Positions 18,623-26,879 of a stretch of DNA of 64,000 bases are shown in pieces (within the stretch, counting starts at the first letter, position 1; the number at the start of each line of letters is the position of its first letter). The stretch spans positions 371 to 64,370 of the forward strand of contig RZZN01000017.1 in the NCBI GenBank assembly GCA_009929855.1. The letters run 5' to 3'. The notes beneath the pieces are model-generated. The model searched no databases and was not told where the DNA came from. It saw only the letters and a program-made list of their open reading frames with translations. Both the position numbers and the translations under genes were made by a program. Source of the DNA: Gammaproteobacteria bacterium. Lineage in GTDB: Bacteria; Pseudomonadota; Gammaproteobacteria; Chromatiales; Chromatiaceae.

Positions 18623-20869
18623 TCAGGCGGCGCGGTCGAGCGCCGGGCGCGCCGCATCCATCAGCTCGCGGGCACGCCGCTCCAGGGTCTCGGCGCTCAG
18701 CCCGTTGAAATCCATGAGCTCGGCCGGGCTCGCGGTGGTCTCGCCGCGCTGCCAGCCGAAGAGATCAAGCGCCGCGGCCCGACTGCGCAGCAGCACCGGT
18801 TCCAGGCCCAGGGTGCCGCCACCGCTGACGGCGATCAGTACATCCGCGTCGAAGAGTGCCGCGAAGCTCGCATCGTCCATGAAATGGCCATCGGGCTCGG
18901 CCGTGTGCCGCCAGGCCACGTCGGTCGGTCGATAGAGCCGGCGCGGATTGACCACGGCGACGATCCGCACCCGATAGCCGGCCTGCACCAGACGCTCTTG
19001 AGCGGCCACCACCGGCAGGTTCACCAGGTCGCCGGTCACCGCGAAGACCAGAGACCCGGCCGTGCCCGTGCCGCGGTCGGACAGACAGACCGCGCCCTGC
19101 TCGATCGCCGCGTGCGCCTGCTCGAGGGTCGTATAGACCGGCAGGGCCGACTTGGAGGCGATGATGCCGATGCACTTGTTGTGCTGCTCCAGGGCCCAGG
19201 CATAGGCGGCCTGGATCTGGTTGGCGTCGGCCGGGTAGAGCAGATAGACATTGCCGTTGCGCACCTGGCTGGCCAGATAGCTCTCGATCTCGGGTCGCTG
19301 ATGGGTCCAGCCATTGCGCCCCTGCTCCAGTGCCCCCGCGGTGAACATGGCGATCACCGCCGGGGTCTTGCGTCTGAGCTCGGCCATCGCCTGACCCACG
19401 GTCTGCACGATCGGCCAGCCGTTGATCGCGAAGCTCTCGTAGGAGAGCCACAATGAGCGTCCGCCGAAGAGCGCCAGACCCGCGGCCAGGCCGGCACAGG
19501 CATCCTCGCTCAGCGGCTCGTAGACCTGACCGGTCGGTGACTGGTTGTAGAGACCGTCGGCGGTGGGATGACGGATCTTGAGCACCTCGTTGATGACCTT
19601 CATGTTGGACGCCTCGTTGCCATCGGCATTGGTCACCACGAAGCGCGGATCGCGTCGGCCGAGCTCGGCCACCATCTCGGCCATGGCGCTGGCCGGCACC
19701 GCCTTCTCGCCCACCGCGAAGTCCCGGGTCGGCAGCTCGCCGACCGGCTCGGGCAGGGACTCACGCTCGGTCACCGCGGTCTCGCTCGCCGGTCCGCCGC
19801 CGGCGCGCCGCATGTTGGCACGCACCAGCGCCCAGACCTCCGGGGCCAGCGCACCGCGTTGCAGCGCCGCGGCGATGGCCGGCTTGGTCGCGTTGTCGCC
19901 CGGATAGAGATTGTGCGACTTGGCGCCCTGGGCATGCACGCCGGCACCCTTGAGCTGCTTGACGATGAAGGCGGTCAGGGTGCCGCCGAGCGCCGCGCGC
20001 TCGGCCTCGCGCAGACCCTCGAGCAGGGCGCGGGTGAAGGCCAGACGGGCCGAGTCGCTGAAGAGCGTGCTGTCGACGAACTCGCCCTCCTGCCCAGAGT
20101 CGTCGAAGTCCTTGGCGTCGACCAGGATCACCCGACCGAAGTCATGCGCCCGCCAGTAGTCGATCATCCGCGGGTTGTCCATCAAGGACACCATGGAATG
20201 GTGCTCCTGGCTGAAGCCGTTCCAGATCAACACCGGGAGGACATTGGTCACCTCCGGATAAGCGGTATGGAAGTGTTTGAAGGCCGAGAGGATATAGGGC
20301 TCACCCAGACCACCGTCGCCGATCGTCACCGGGAAGAGCGTCGCGCGATGCAGGTAGGCCGCGGCCAAGGCGAAGTGTTGACCCTGACCCAGCGGACCGG
20401 CCGGGGCGAGCAAGCCCGGGATGGCCCCGGAGAGATGACCCAGCAGACCCGCGCGCTCGCGAAAACGCGACTGCATCTGGGCCATGTCGGTGATCCCCAT
20501 GGACTCGAGCGAGCCGTCCAGGAACATGGCGCTGTAGAAACCGGGGGCATGATGACCGACCTCGGTCAGGATGTTGGTATGACCCAGCATCACCAGTGCC
20601 GCGTAGGCATCGGCCGAGGACGCGAACCCGCCCGGATGGCCGGACTCCTTGGAGGCACAGAGCTGGAGCGTGATATGACGCAGCGCATCGGCCAGCAGCC
20701 GGGTCTGGAAGACCGCCGCCTCGTCGATGGTCTCGATGCGGTGCGCGCCCTCGGCGATGGCCGGGCGGGCGCCGAGCCGAGCGAACCCGGCCGGCAGCTC
20801 GCCGAAGTGCAAGAGGCCGTTGCAGAAGGCCGGCGGGCTGGTCTCGGGATGGCTGGCTGAAGCGGTCAT
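18623..20869 (-). CDS. ThDP-dependent transketolase/phosphoketolase-superfamily enzyme (748 aa), specificity unknown
   Basis: N-terminal half: SKESGHPGG, VGHHAPGFY, PLGQGQ and a GDG..N ThDP/Mg motif (IGDGGLGEPY..VLIWNG). C-terminal half resembles phosphoketolase: PLSEDACAGLAAGLALFGGRSLWLSYESF, NGWTHQRPE, VYLLYPADAN. Confidence 0.8.
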   Translation of the reverse strand: MTASASHPETSPPAFCNGLLHFGELPAGFARLGARPAIAEGAHRIETIDEAAVFQTRLLADALRHITLQLCASKESGHPGGFASSADAYAALVMLGHTNILTEVGHHAPGFYSAMFLDGSLESMGITDMAQMQSRFRERAGLLGHLSGAIPGLLAPAGPLGQGQHFALAAAYLHRATLFPVTIGDGGLGEPYILSAFKHFHTAYPEVTNVLPVLIWNGFSQEHHSMVSLMDNPRMIDYWRAHDFGRVILVDAKDFDDSGQEGEFVDSTLFSDSARLAFTRALLEGLREAERAALGGTLTAFIVKQLKGAGVHAQGAKSHNLYPGDNATKPAIAAALQRGALAPEVWALVRANMRRAGGGPASETAVTERESLPEPVGELPTRDFAVGEKAVPASAMAEMVAELGRRDPRFVVTNADGNEASNMKVINEVLKIRHPTADGLYNQSPTGQVYEPLSEDACAGLAAGLALFGGRSLWLSYESFAINGWPIVQTVGQAMAELRRKTPAVIAMFTAGALEQGRNGWTHQRPEIESYLASQVRNGNVYLLYPADANQIQAAYAWALEQHNKCIGIIASKSALPVYTTLEQAHAAIEQGAVCLSDRGTGTAGSLVFAVTGDLVNLPVVAAQERLVQAGYRVRIVAVVNPRRLYRPTDVAWRHTAEPDGHFMDDASFAALFDADVLIAVSGGGTLGLEPVLLRSRAAALDLFGWQRGETTASPAELMDFNGLSAETLERRARELMDAARPALDRAA

Positions 20870-21074
20870 GGGTGTCTCTCCTGGTCTCTCGTTGTGATCT
20901 CGATCTGAGCCGCGACGGCTTGGTGCGGGCTTGAGGTGAGACTAGTGACAGGCTGATTTTCCCGCAATAGTGAATCTGTTTCATGATACGGAATTTTCAA
21001 CAAGACTGGCCGAGCGGACATGTAAGCCAATGAATTTACTATGACAATAACCAGCATTGATCATCTCAATGCGG

Positions 21075-21104
21075 TTTTCACCATGCGGAATGTCATGGGC
21101 AAAA
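21075..21104. promoter_or_regulatory. Imperfect 30-bp palindrome in the AT-rich divergent control region; candidate IclR-type operator
   Basis: TTTTCACCATG-cggaatgt-CATGGGCAAAA, arms matching 9/11. A related CATGATACGGAATTTTCA lies at about 20981-20998. Confidence 0.25.
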
Positions 21105-21246
21105 TCACACGACCGGTCAACAAGCCTTGTCGCAGGCCCCATAATGACCCAGCCAGCCCATCTGGTGACGCGCGCCAACCCGAGTCCGCGGGCGGTCCAG
21201 ACCGCTCATGCACGCTCATCCGCGGCAACTGCAATCGAGTATCCCC

Positions 21247-22035
21247 ATGATGTCAGACCAACACCTGCCCGCCCGCATCCAGGTCATCGATCGGGCCGCC
21301 GCCCTGCTCGATGCGATCGCCCGGTATCCCGAGCCAGTGAGCCTCAAGATCCTCGCCGCGGAGAGTGGCCTGCACCCGTCGACCACGCATCGGATCCTGG
21401 CCTCGCTCATCCAGAACCGGCTCGTGGAGAAGGACTCGGCGGGACATTACCGTCTCGGTCTGCGGCTCCTACAGCTCGGCGTGCGGCTGCATGCCAATGT
21501 CGACGTGCGCGCCATCGCCCGACCGGTGATGGAAGCGCTGCGCGACCAGCTGGGCGAGACCATCAACCTGACGATTCGCGAGGGTGACGCCGTGGTCTAT
21601 ATCGAAAAGGTCACGCCCAATCGGATGATCCATGTCCAGCAGCTCGTGGGCTCGCGCGCGCCACTGCATGTCACGGCGGTGGGCAAGCTGATGCTGGGCG
21701 CCGCTGGCGAGGCGGCCATCCAGGCCTATGCCCAGCGCACCAACCTACCGGCCTACACGCGCAACACCATCACCACGGTCGCGCGTCTGCGCGCCGAGTG
21801 CGAGGAATCGATCGCGCGTGGCTACGCGCTCGACGATGAGGAGGCCGAATTGGATGTCGGCTGCATCGGCGTGCTGCTCTATGACAGCACCGGAAAGGTC
21901 AGCGCCGGGTTGTCGGTCTCGGCACCGATCGAGCGCCGACGGCTGGAATGGACCGACGATCTGGTGGCCGCGGCCGAGCGGATCTCGGCACAACTCGGCT
22001 ATCAACCACTGACACGCGATGTCGCCGATGATTGA
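21247..22035 (+). CDS. IclR family transcriptional regulator
   Basis: ORF trimmed to MMSDQHLPARIQVIDRAAALLDAIA..VSLKILAAESGLHPSTTHRILASL (wHTH) plus a C-terminal IclR effector domain (GYALDDEE.ELDVGCIGV). Confidence 0.9.
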   Translation: MMSDQHLPARIQVIDRAAALLDAIARYPEPVSLKILAAESGLHPSTTHRILASLIQNRLVEKDSAGHYRLGLRLLQLGVRLHANVDVRAIARPVMEALRDQLGETINLTIREGDAVVYIEKVTPNRMIHVQQLVGSRAPLHVTAVGKLMLGAAGEAAIQAYAQRTNLPAYTRNTITTVARLRAECEESIARGYALDDEEAELDVGCIGVLLYDSTGKVSAGLSVSAPIERRRLEWTDDLVAAAERISAQLGYQPLTRDVADD

Positions 22036-22113
22036 GTGGATTGGACGAGACGCGCGCAACGGGGCCGGGATGAGCCGCGGCCAGGCGTTCGCACGCGATC
22101 GGGGGGATGAGCC

Positions 22114-22154
22114 GGGGGCCAGGCCAAGGCGCGAGCCGACCTGGCTGGCCCCCC
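22114..22154. terminator. GC-rich hairpin between the convergent iclR-family and ompA-family genes
   Basis: GGGGGCCAGGCC..17 nt..GGCTGGCCCCCC, about 11 bp of pairing with one mismatch. No clear U-tract. Confidence 0.4.
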
Positions 22155-22167
22155 ATCCAGCGCGTGA

Positions 22168-22842
22168 TCAGGCCGTGATCGGCACGATCGTGATATCGAC
22201 TCGCCGATTGAGCCGACGCCCGGCCTCGGTCTCGTTCGTGGCGATCGGCTGTTGCTTGCCCTGACCGAAGGCGCTGATCCGCTGCGGGAGCACGCCGTCG
22301 GCCTCCAGATATCGCTGCACCGCGCCCGCGCGCCGCTCGGACAACACTTGATTGTGCTGCGCCGATCCAGTGCTGTCGGTATGACCGGCGACCAGTAGCT
22401 CGGTCTTTCCATACTTGCTCACGATCGCCGAGATCTTGTCCAGGGTGCTGTAGAAGCCCGGCTGAATCCGGTCTGAATCGATCTCGAAGGTGGTCGCGCC
22501 GGTCATGCGCACCAGCAGTTGATCGTTCGGCAAGGGATGCACACTGATCATGCCGCTTGCGATCTCATTGGCCAGCTGCTTCTCGAAATCGCGCCGCTGC
22601 TCCTCCATATAGGCACCCACGAGGGTACCGGCGAGTGCGCCACCGACCGCCCCGATCAGCGCACCGCGTCCGGCACTGGCGCTCAATGAGCCGATGATGG
22701 CACCGGCCGCGGCCCCGGTGGCGGCCCCGATCGCCGCCCCGGCGCCGGTCTCGGTCAGGCCGGAGCCATCCGCCGCGCAGCCGACGACCAGGACCGCGGC
22801 CGTGGCGGAGACGGCCAACCGATTGAAAGCCTTTGAAACCAT
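22168..22842 (-). CDS. OmpA-family lipoprotein (glycine-zipper + OmpA_C peptidoglycan-binding domain)
   Basis: ORF trimmed to MVSKAFNRLAVSATAAVLVVGC (lipobox), preceded by GAGGGGGA. Gly-zipper GAGAAIGAATGAAAGAIIG. OmpA_C region GHTDSTGSAQHNQVLSERRAGAV..NRRVDI. Confidence 0.85.
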   Translation of the reverse strand: MVSKAFNRLAVSATAAVLVVGCAADGSGLTETGAGAAIGAATGAAAGAIIGSLSASAGRGALIGAVGGALAGTLVGAYMEEQRRDFEKQLANEIASGMISVHPLPNDQLLVRMTGATTFEIDSDRIQPGFYSTLDKISAIVSKYGKTELLVAGHTDSTGSAQHNQVLSERRAGAVQRYLEADGVLPQRISAFGQGKQQPIATNETEAGRRLNRRVDITIVPITA

Positions 22843-22974
22843 GAGACATTCCCCCTCGTGAACAGGATCGGAAACCGGGATTGGATCGCTTGATGATAAC
22901 AGAGCACCAACGAATGTCTCCCCAAAGGCTGACGAAACCCCAGATCGCTCCACACCCGGAGCTTGCCGAGGAGG

Positions 22975-23772
22975 ATGCCCGTGTTTGATCTCGAGCTCTA
23001 TGCGCTTGGACTGGCCGCCGCGATCGGCATGGCGCTCGGCGCCTGGCTGATCAGCATCCGGCTCAGGGATGTCAGTATCGTCGACTCACTCTGGTCGCTA
23101 TTCTTCTTGCTGATGATGACCGTCTTCCTACTCGGGGCGAGCGAAATCGGCGAACGCGCCTGGCTCGTCTATTTCCTGGTCGCGGTCTGGGCGGTGCGGC
23201 TGAGCGTCTTCATCACCCGACGCAACCACGGCCATGGCGAGGATCCGCGTTATCAAGCGATCCGGGCCGACAACGAGCCTGGATTCTGGTGGAAGAGCCT
23301 CTACATCGTCTTCGGCCTGCAGTCCATCCTTGCCTGGATCATCGCCCTGCCCCTCTTGGTCGTCACCATCGGCACCCAACCGCTCGGCTGGCTCGACTAT
23401 GTCGCGCTCCTGCTCTGGCTGACTGGACTCTTCTTCGAGGCGGTCGGCGATCAGCAACTCGCCGCGTTCAAGTCGCGCCCCGAGAACCAGGGCAAGGTCA
23501 TGGACCGTGGTCTGTGGCGCTACACCCGCCACCCCAATTATTTCGGCGAGGCCTGTATCTGGTGGGCCTATTTTCTCTTTGCGATGGCGGCTGGCGGGTG
23601 GTGGACGATCCTCTCCCCGGTACTCATGACATTCCTGCTGTTGCGGGTCTCCGGTGTCGCGCTCCTGGAGAAGGACATCGCGCAGCGGCGCCCCGCCTAT
23701 CGCGAGTATTGCGAGCGGACCAACGCCTTCTTTCCGGGACCACCCAAGGCGGCGAAGGGCCGGTTAGACTAG
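22975..23772 (+). CDS. DUF1295 (steroid 5-alpha-reductase-like) membrane protein
   Basis: RNHGHGEDPRY, GLWRYTRHPNYFGE and LLRVSGV motifs. Start is ambiguous among TTG 22963, ATG 22975 and GTG 22981. Confidence 0.8.
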   Translation: MPVFDLELYALGLAAAIGMALGAWLISIRLRDVSIVDSLWSLFFLLMMTVFLLGASEIGERAWLVYFLVAVWAVRLSVFITRRNHGHGEDPRYQAIRADNEPGFWWKSLYIVFGLQSILAWIIALPLLVVTIGTQPLGWLDYVALLLWLTGLFFEAVGDQQLAAFKSRPENQGKVMDRGLWRYTRHPNYFGEACIWWAYFLFAMAAGGWWTILSPVLMTFLLLRVSGVALLEKDIAQRRPAYREYCERTNAFFPGPPKAAKGRLD

Positions 23773-23908
23773 CGCCATCACGACGCCGAGCGGGGCGTCA
23801 GAGCGGACCGCTTGGCCCAGGTCCAAGACGAGAGCCACGCCGAGCCATCGGCCGAAACCCATCAGGGACACCATCAGACCCCATCAGCGAGTGATCAGGC
23901 CAACGGAC

Positions 23909-24448
23909 ATGAAGACCATCTTGACCATCCTAATGACCACATTCCTGCTCGCCCTGGCGAGCGGCTGCACCGAAGAAGGAGGCGCGCCAATGGACACCGT
24001 CGAACAGGTCGATCTGCAACGCTTCATGGGCGATTGGTATGTGATCGCCAACATCCCGACCTTCCTCGAGAAGGAGGTCTACAACGCGGTGGAGTCGTAC
24101 GCGCTCAATCCGGACGGTACCATCGCGACCACATTCAGCTTCAACAAGGGCGGTTTCGACGGCCCAGCAAAGCAGTATCACCCGGTCGGCTTCATCCGCG
24201 ACACCACCACCAACGCACTCTGGGGCATGCGCTTCATCTGGCCGATCAAGGCAGACTTTCGCATCGTCTGGCTGGAGCCGGATTACAGCATCACCGTCAT
24301 CGGCCGAGCCAAACGCGACTATGTCTGGATCATGGCCCGCGAGCCCGCCATCCCGGACGCCAAGTATGAGGAGATCGTCGCCTTCGTCCGCGATCTGGGC
24401 TACGACACGACCAAGCTCCAGAAGGTCCCGCAGCGCCCATCGAGCTGA
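23909..24448 (+). CDS. blc: Bacterial lipocalin (outer-membrane lipoprotein Blc)
   Basis: ORF trimmed to MKTILTILMTTFLLALASGC (lipobox). VDLQRFMGDWYVIANIP and DYVWIMAREP are lipocalin signatures. Confidence 0.85.
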   Translation: MKTILTILMTTFLLALASGCTEEGGAPMDTVEQVDLQRFMGDWYVIANIPTFLEKEVYNAVESYALNPDGTIATTFSFNKGGFDGPAKQYHPVGFIRDTTTNALWGMRFIWPIKADFRIVWLEPDYSITVIGRAKRDYVWIMAREPAIPDAKYEEIVAFVRDLGYDTTKLQKVPQRPSS

Positions 24449-24483
24449 GGCCGAGATCCCTAGGCCCCAGAAGAGTCACAGCC

Positions 24484-24608
24484 GCCCGGCCTCAAGATCC
24501 ACATCACACCCGCCTTCGTCGATGCGAGGACTCTCATTCCTCGGGGCGAGGACTTCCCGCCCTCGAGACGATGACCGTTCTTCCTCGGGGCGAGGACGCC
24601 CCGACTCC
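24484..24608. repeat. Intergenic repeat element, copy 1 (~125 bp)
   Basis: GCCCGGCCTCAAGATCCACATCACACCCG..TCGTCGATGCGAGGACTCTCATTCCTCGGGGCGAGGACTTCCCGCCCTCGAGACGATGA..CCTCGGGGCGAGGACGCCCCGACTCC. Contains the 16-mer TCCTCGGGGCGAGGAC twice and a GGGGCG-agga-CGCCCC hairpin. Confidence 0.85.
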
Positions 24609-24703
24609 CTTGCGGGGCCTCCAGGCCCTAGAGGAGTCGGGGCCTCCAGGCCCCGAGTGAGGATCTTCGCGCACCATCAGGCCAGCTCGACGCCACCATG
24701 AGC

Positions 24704-24853
24704 GCCCGGCCTCAAGATCCACATCACACCCGTCCTTCGTCGATGCGAGGCACCCGTCCTTCGTCGATGCGAGGACTCTCATTCCTCGGGACGAGGACTT
24801 CCCGCCCTCGAGACGATGAGCGTCCCTCCTCGGGGCGAGGACGCCCCGACTCC
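24704..24853. repeat. Intergenic repeat element, copy 2 (~150 bp; copy 1 plus a 24-bp internal duplication and a few substitutions)
   Basis: Direct alignment by eye to 24484..24608. The offset between copies is about 220 bp. Confidence 0.85.
24727..24774. repeat. Perfect 24-bp tandem duplication inside repeat copy 2
   Basis: CACCCGTCCTTCGTCGATGCGAGG occurs twice, back to back. Confidence 0.9.
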
Positions 24854-25073
24854 TCTGGGGGTCCGCGGCTCAGCGTATCTCAGCGCTTGTGCCCTTGTGC
24901 CGGGCTGGCTGACTCGCGATCTGTTGACACTTGACTCCTCGATGGGAGTGATCGCGACACGCGCGCATCGCGTTGGATCAAACGCGGGATCTTTTGTCGT
25001 TGCCCTGTCGGCGTCCGCTTCCGTATGCTCCCCGTTTCTGGCTCAACGGATCGATCGCACGGCGGATCGCCTC

Positions 25074-26879
25074 ATGTCTGTCAACGTCTGGCTCAAATCT
25101 CACCGTCCGCTTGCCGGCAGCGCGCTTCGACAGGCAGTCGGCATCGGTCTCATCAACGGTCTGCTCGCGATCGCTCAGGCTGGCTTGCTGGCGTTGATCC
25201 TCGACGCGGTCATCTTCAAGGGCGCCGGCCTGGCGCAGATCAGTCATTGGCTGGGCGTGCTGCTGCTCCTTTTCGCGCTGCGCGCACTGGCGCTCTGGCT
25301 CGGTGAGCGCGCCGCCTTTCAAGCCGCCGCGCTGATCCGCAACGGTCTGCGCGACCGGCTCTTCCGCCACATCCAACGGCTCGGCCCGAGCTACCTGGCC
25401 AACGCGCGCAGCGGCGCGCTGGTAGAGACCCTGACCAAGGGCATCGACGATCTCGAGGGTTACTATGCCCGCTTCCTCCCGGCCATGACCCTGACGATGA
25501 TCCTGCCGCTGGTGATCCTGCTGGTGGTCTTTCCGGCGGATTGGGTGGCCGGACTGACCATGCTGGTGACCGCGCCACTGATCCCGCTGTTCATGATCAT
25601 CATCGGCTCCAGCGCGCAGACCCGCAATCAGCGTCAGTGGAAGGAGCTGACGCGGATGAGCGCTCATTTCCTCGATGTCATCCAGGGCTTGACCACGCTC
25701 AAGCTCTTCGGCGCCAGCCGTCACGAGGCCAGTGAGGTCGAGCGCATCTCCAATGCCTATCGAGTCAGCACCATGCAGGTGCTGCGCATCGCCTTCCTGT
25801 CATCGGCGGTGCTCGAGCTCTTCGCGGCACTCGGGATCGCCATCATCGCGGTCTTCGTCGGCTTCCGACTCTACGGCCTCGTCATGCCCATGCCTGAATG
25901 GCTGATGGCGCTGCCGCCCATCAGCTACTTCCAAGGTCTGTTCGTGTTGATGTTGGCCCCCGAATTCTATGCCCCGCTGCGCAACATGGGCACCCAGTAT
26001 CATGCCCGCATGGCCGCCGTGGCGGCCGCCGAGCAGATGATCGAGATCCTCGACACCCCGCCCCCGGCCAATGCCGAGCAAGCGGATCACAGAGGTGTGC
26101 CACTGCGGGCGCGGCGGCCCTTCGGGCTGACATTCCAGGACGTGCACTTCAGCTACGAGGCCGGTCGCGACGCACTGCGTGGCATGGACTTCGTGGTCCC
26201 CGCCGGCCACCGGGTCGCCCTGGTCGGCACCAGCGGGGCCGGCAAGACCACGGTGATCAACCTCCTGCTCGGTTTTCTCACGCCCACCTCGGGCCGCATC
26301 CTCATCGGCGATCAGGACCTGGCCGATCTCGATCTCGCGCACTGGCGACGACAGCTCGCCTGGGTGCCGCAGCAGCCGCGTCTCTTCCAGGGCACGATCG
26401 GCGACAACATCCGTCTCGGCCAGCCCGACGCGGATCTCGCGGCGGTGCGCGCGGCGGCCCGCCAGGCGCGTGCCGACGACTTCATCGTGGCCCTGCCGGA
26501 AGGCTACGATACCCCGGTCGGCGAGCGCGGCGTCGGTCTCTCGGGCGGCCAGATCCAGCGCATCGCGCTCGCCCGCGCCTTTCTACGCGATGCCCCGTTG
26601 GTCATCCTCGACGAGGCCACCGCCAATCTCGACCCCCGAAGCGAGCAACTGGTTCAGGAGGGCATCGAGGAGCTGGCCCATGGCCGGACCCTGCTGGTGG
26701 TGGCCCACCGACTGGCCACGGTGCGCCGCGCCAACCGCATCCTGGTCCTCGACCAAGGCCGGGTGGCCGAGTCGGGCACCCACGAGACACTCACCGCCGC
26801 CGGCGGGATCTATGCGCGCATGGTCGCCGCCTATGGCCAGGACGGCCCCGTCGAGCTCACCGCGGAGGACACCCGATGA
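25074..26879 (+). CDS. cydD: Thiol-reductant ABC exporter subunit CydD
   Basis: ORF 24816.. trimmed to MSVNVWLKSHRPLAG. 6-TM domain plus NBD (GTSGAGKTT, LSGGQIQRIALARAF, VILDEATANLD). Its stop overlaps the cydC start (ATGA). Confidence 0.9.
   Translation: MSVNVWLKSHRPLAGSALRQAVGIGLINGLLAIAQAGLLALILDAVIFKGAGLAQISHWLGVLLLLFALRALALWLGERAAFQAAALIRNGLRDRLFRHIQRLGPSYLANARSGALVETLTKGIDDLEGYYARFLPAMTLTMILPLVILLVVFPADWVAGLTMLVTAPLIPLFMIIIGSSAQTRNQRQWKELTRMSAHFLDVIQGLTTLKLFGASRHEASEVERISNAYRVSTMQVLRIAFLSSAVLELFAALGIAIIAVFVGFRLYGLVMPMPEWLMALPPISYFQGLFVLMLAPEFYAPLRNMGTQYHARMAAVAAAEQMIEILDTPPPANAEQADHRGVPLRARRPFGLTFQDVHFSYEAGRDALRGMDFVVPAGHRVALVGTSGAGKTTVINLLLGFLTPTSGRILIGDQDLADLDLAHWRRQLAWVPQQPRLFQGTIGDNIRLGQPDADLAAVRAAARQARADDFIVALPEGYDTPVGERGVGLSGGQIQRIALARAFLRDAPLVILDEATANLDPRSEQLVQEGIEELAHGRTLLVVAHRLATVRRANRILVLDQGRVAESGTHETLTAAGGIYARMVAAYGQDGPVELTAEDTR

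Noticed and set aside
24321-24934. ORFs 24321..24701 and 24698..24934 crossing the repeat region, and the possibility that the repeats form a CRISPR array.
   Set aside because: The peptides are repetitive Arg/Ser/Pro/Gly strings generated by the DNA repeat itself. There are only two long (125-150 bp) imperfect copies, with no short uniform repeat/spacer periodicity and no cas genes, so this is not CRISPR.
24924-24952. TTGACA followed 17 nt later by AGTGAT, considered as a sigma-70 promoter for cydDC. A similar case is TTGACA..GAGTAT at about 37449-37477 upstream of the fadL-like gene.
   Set aside because: The -35 elements are perfect, but the -10 candidates are weak; the cydDC candidate lacks the conserved A at position 2. 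This is too speculative to list as a feature without transcription start data.
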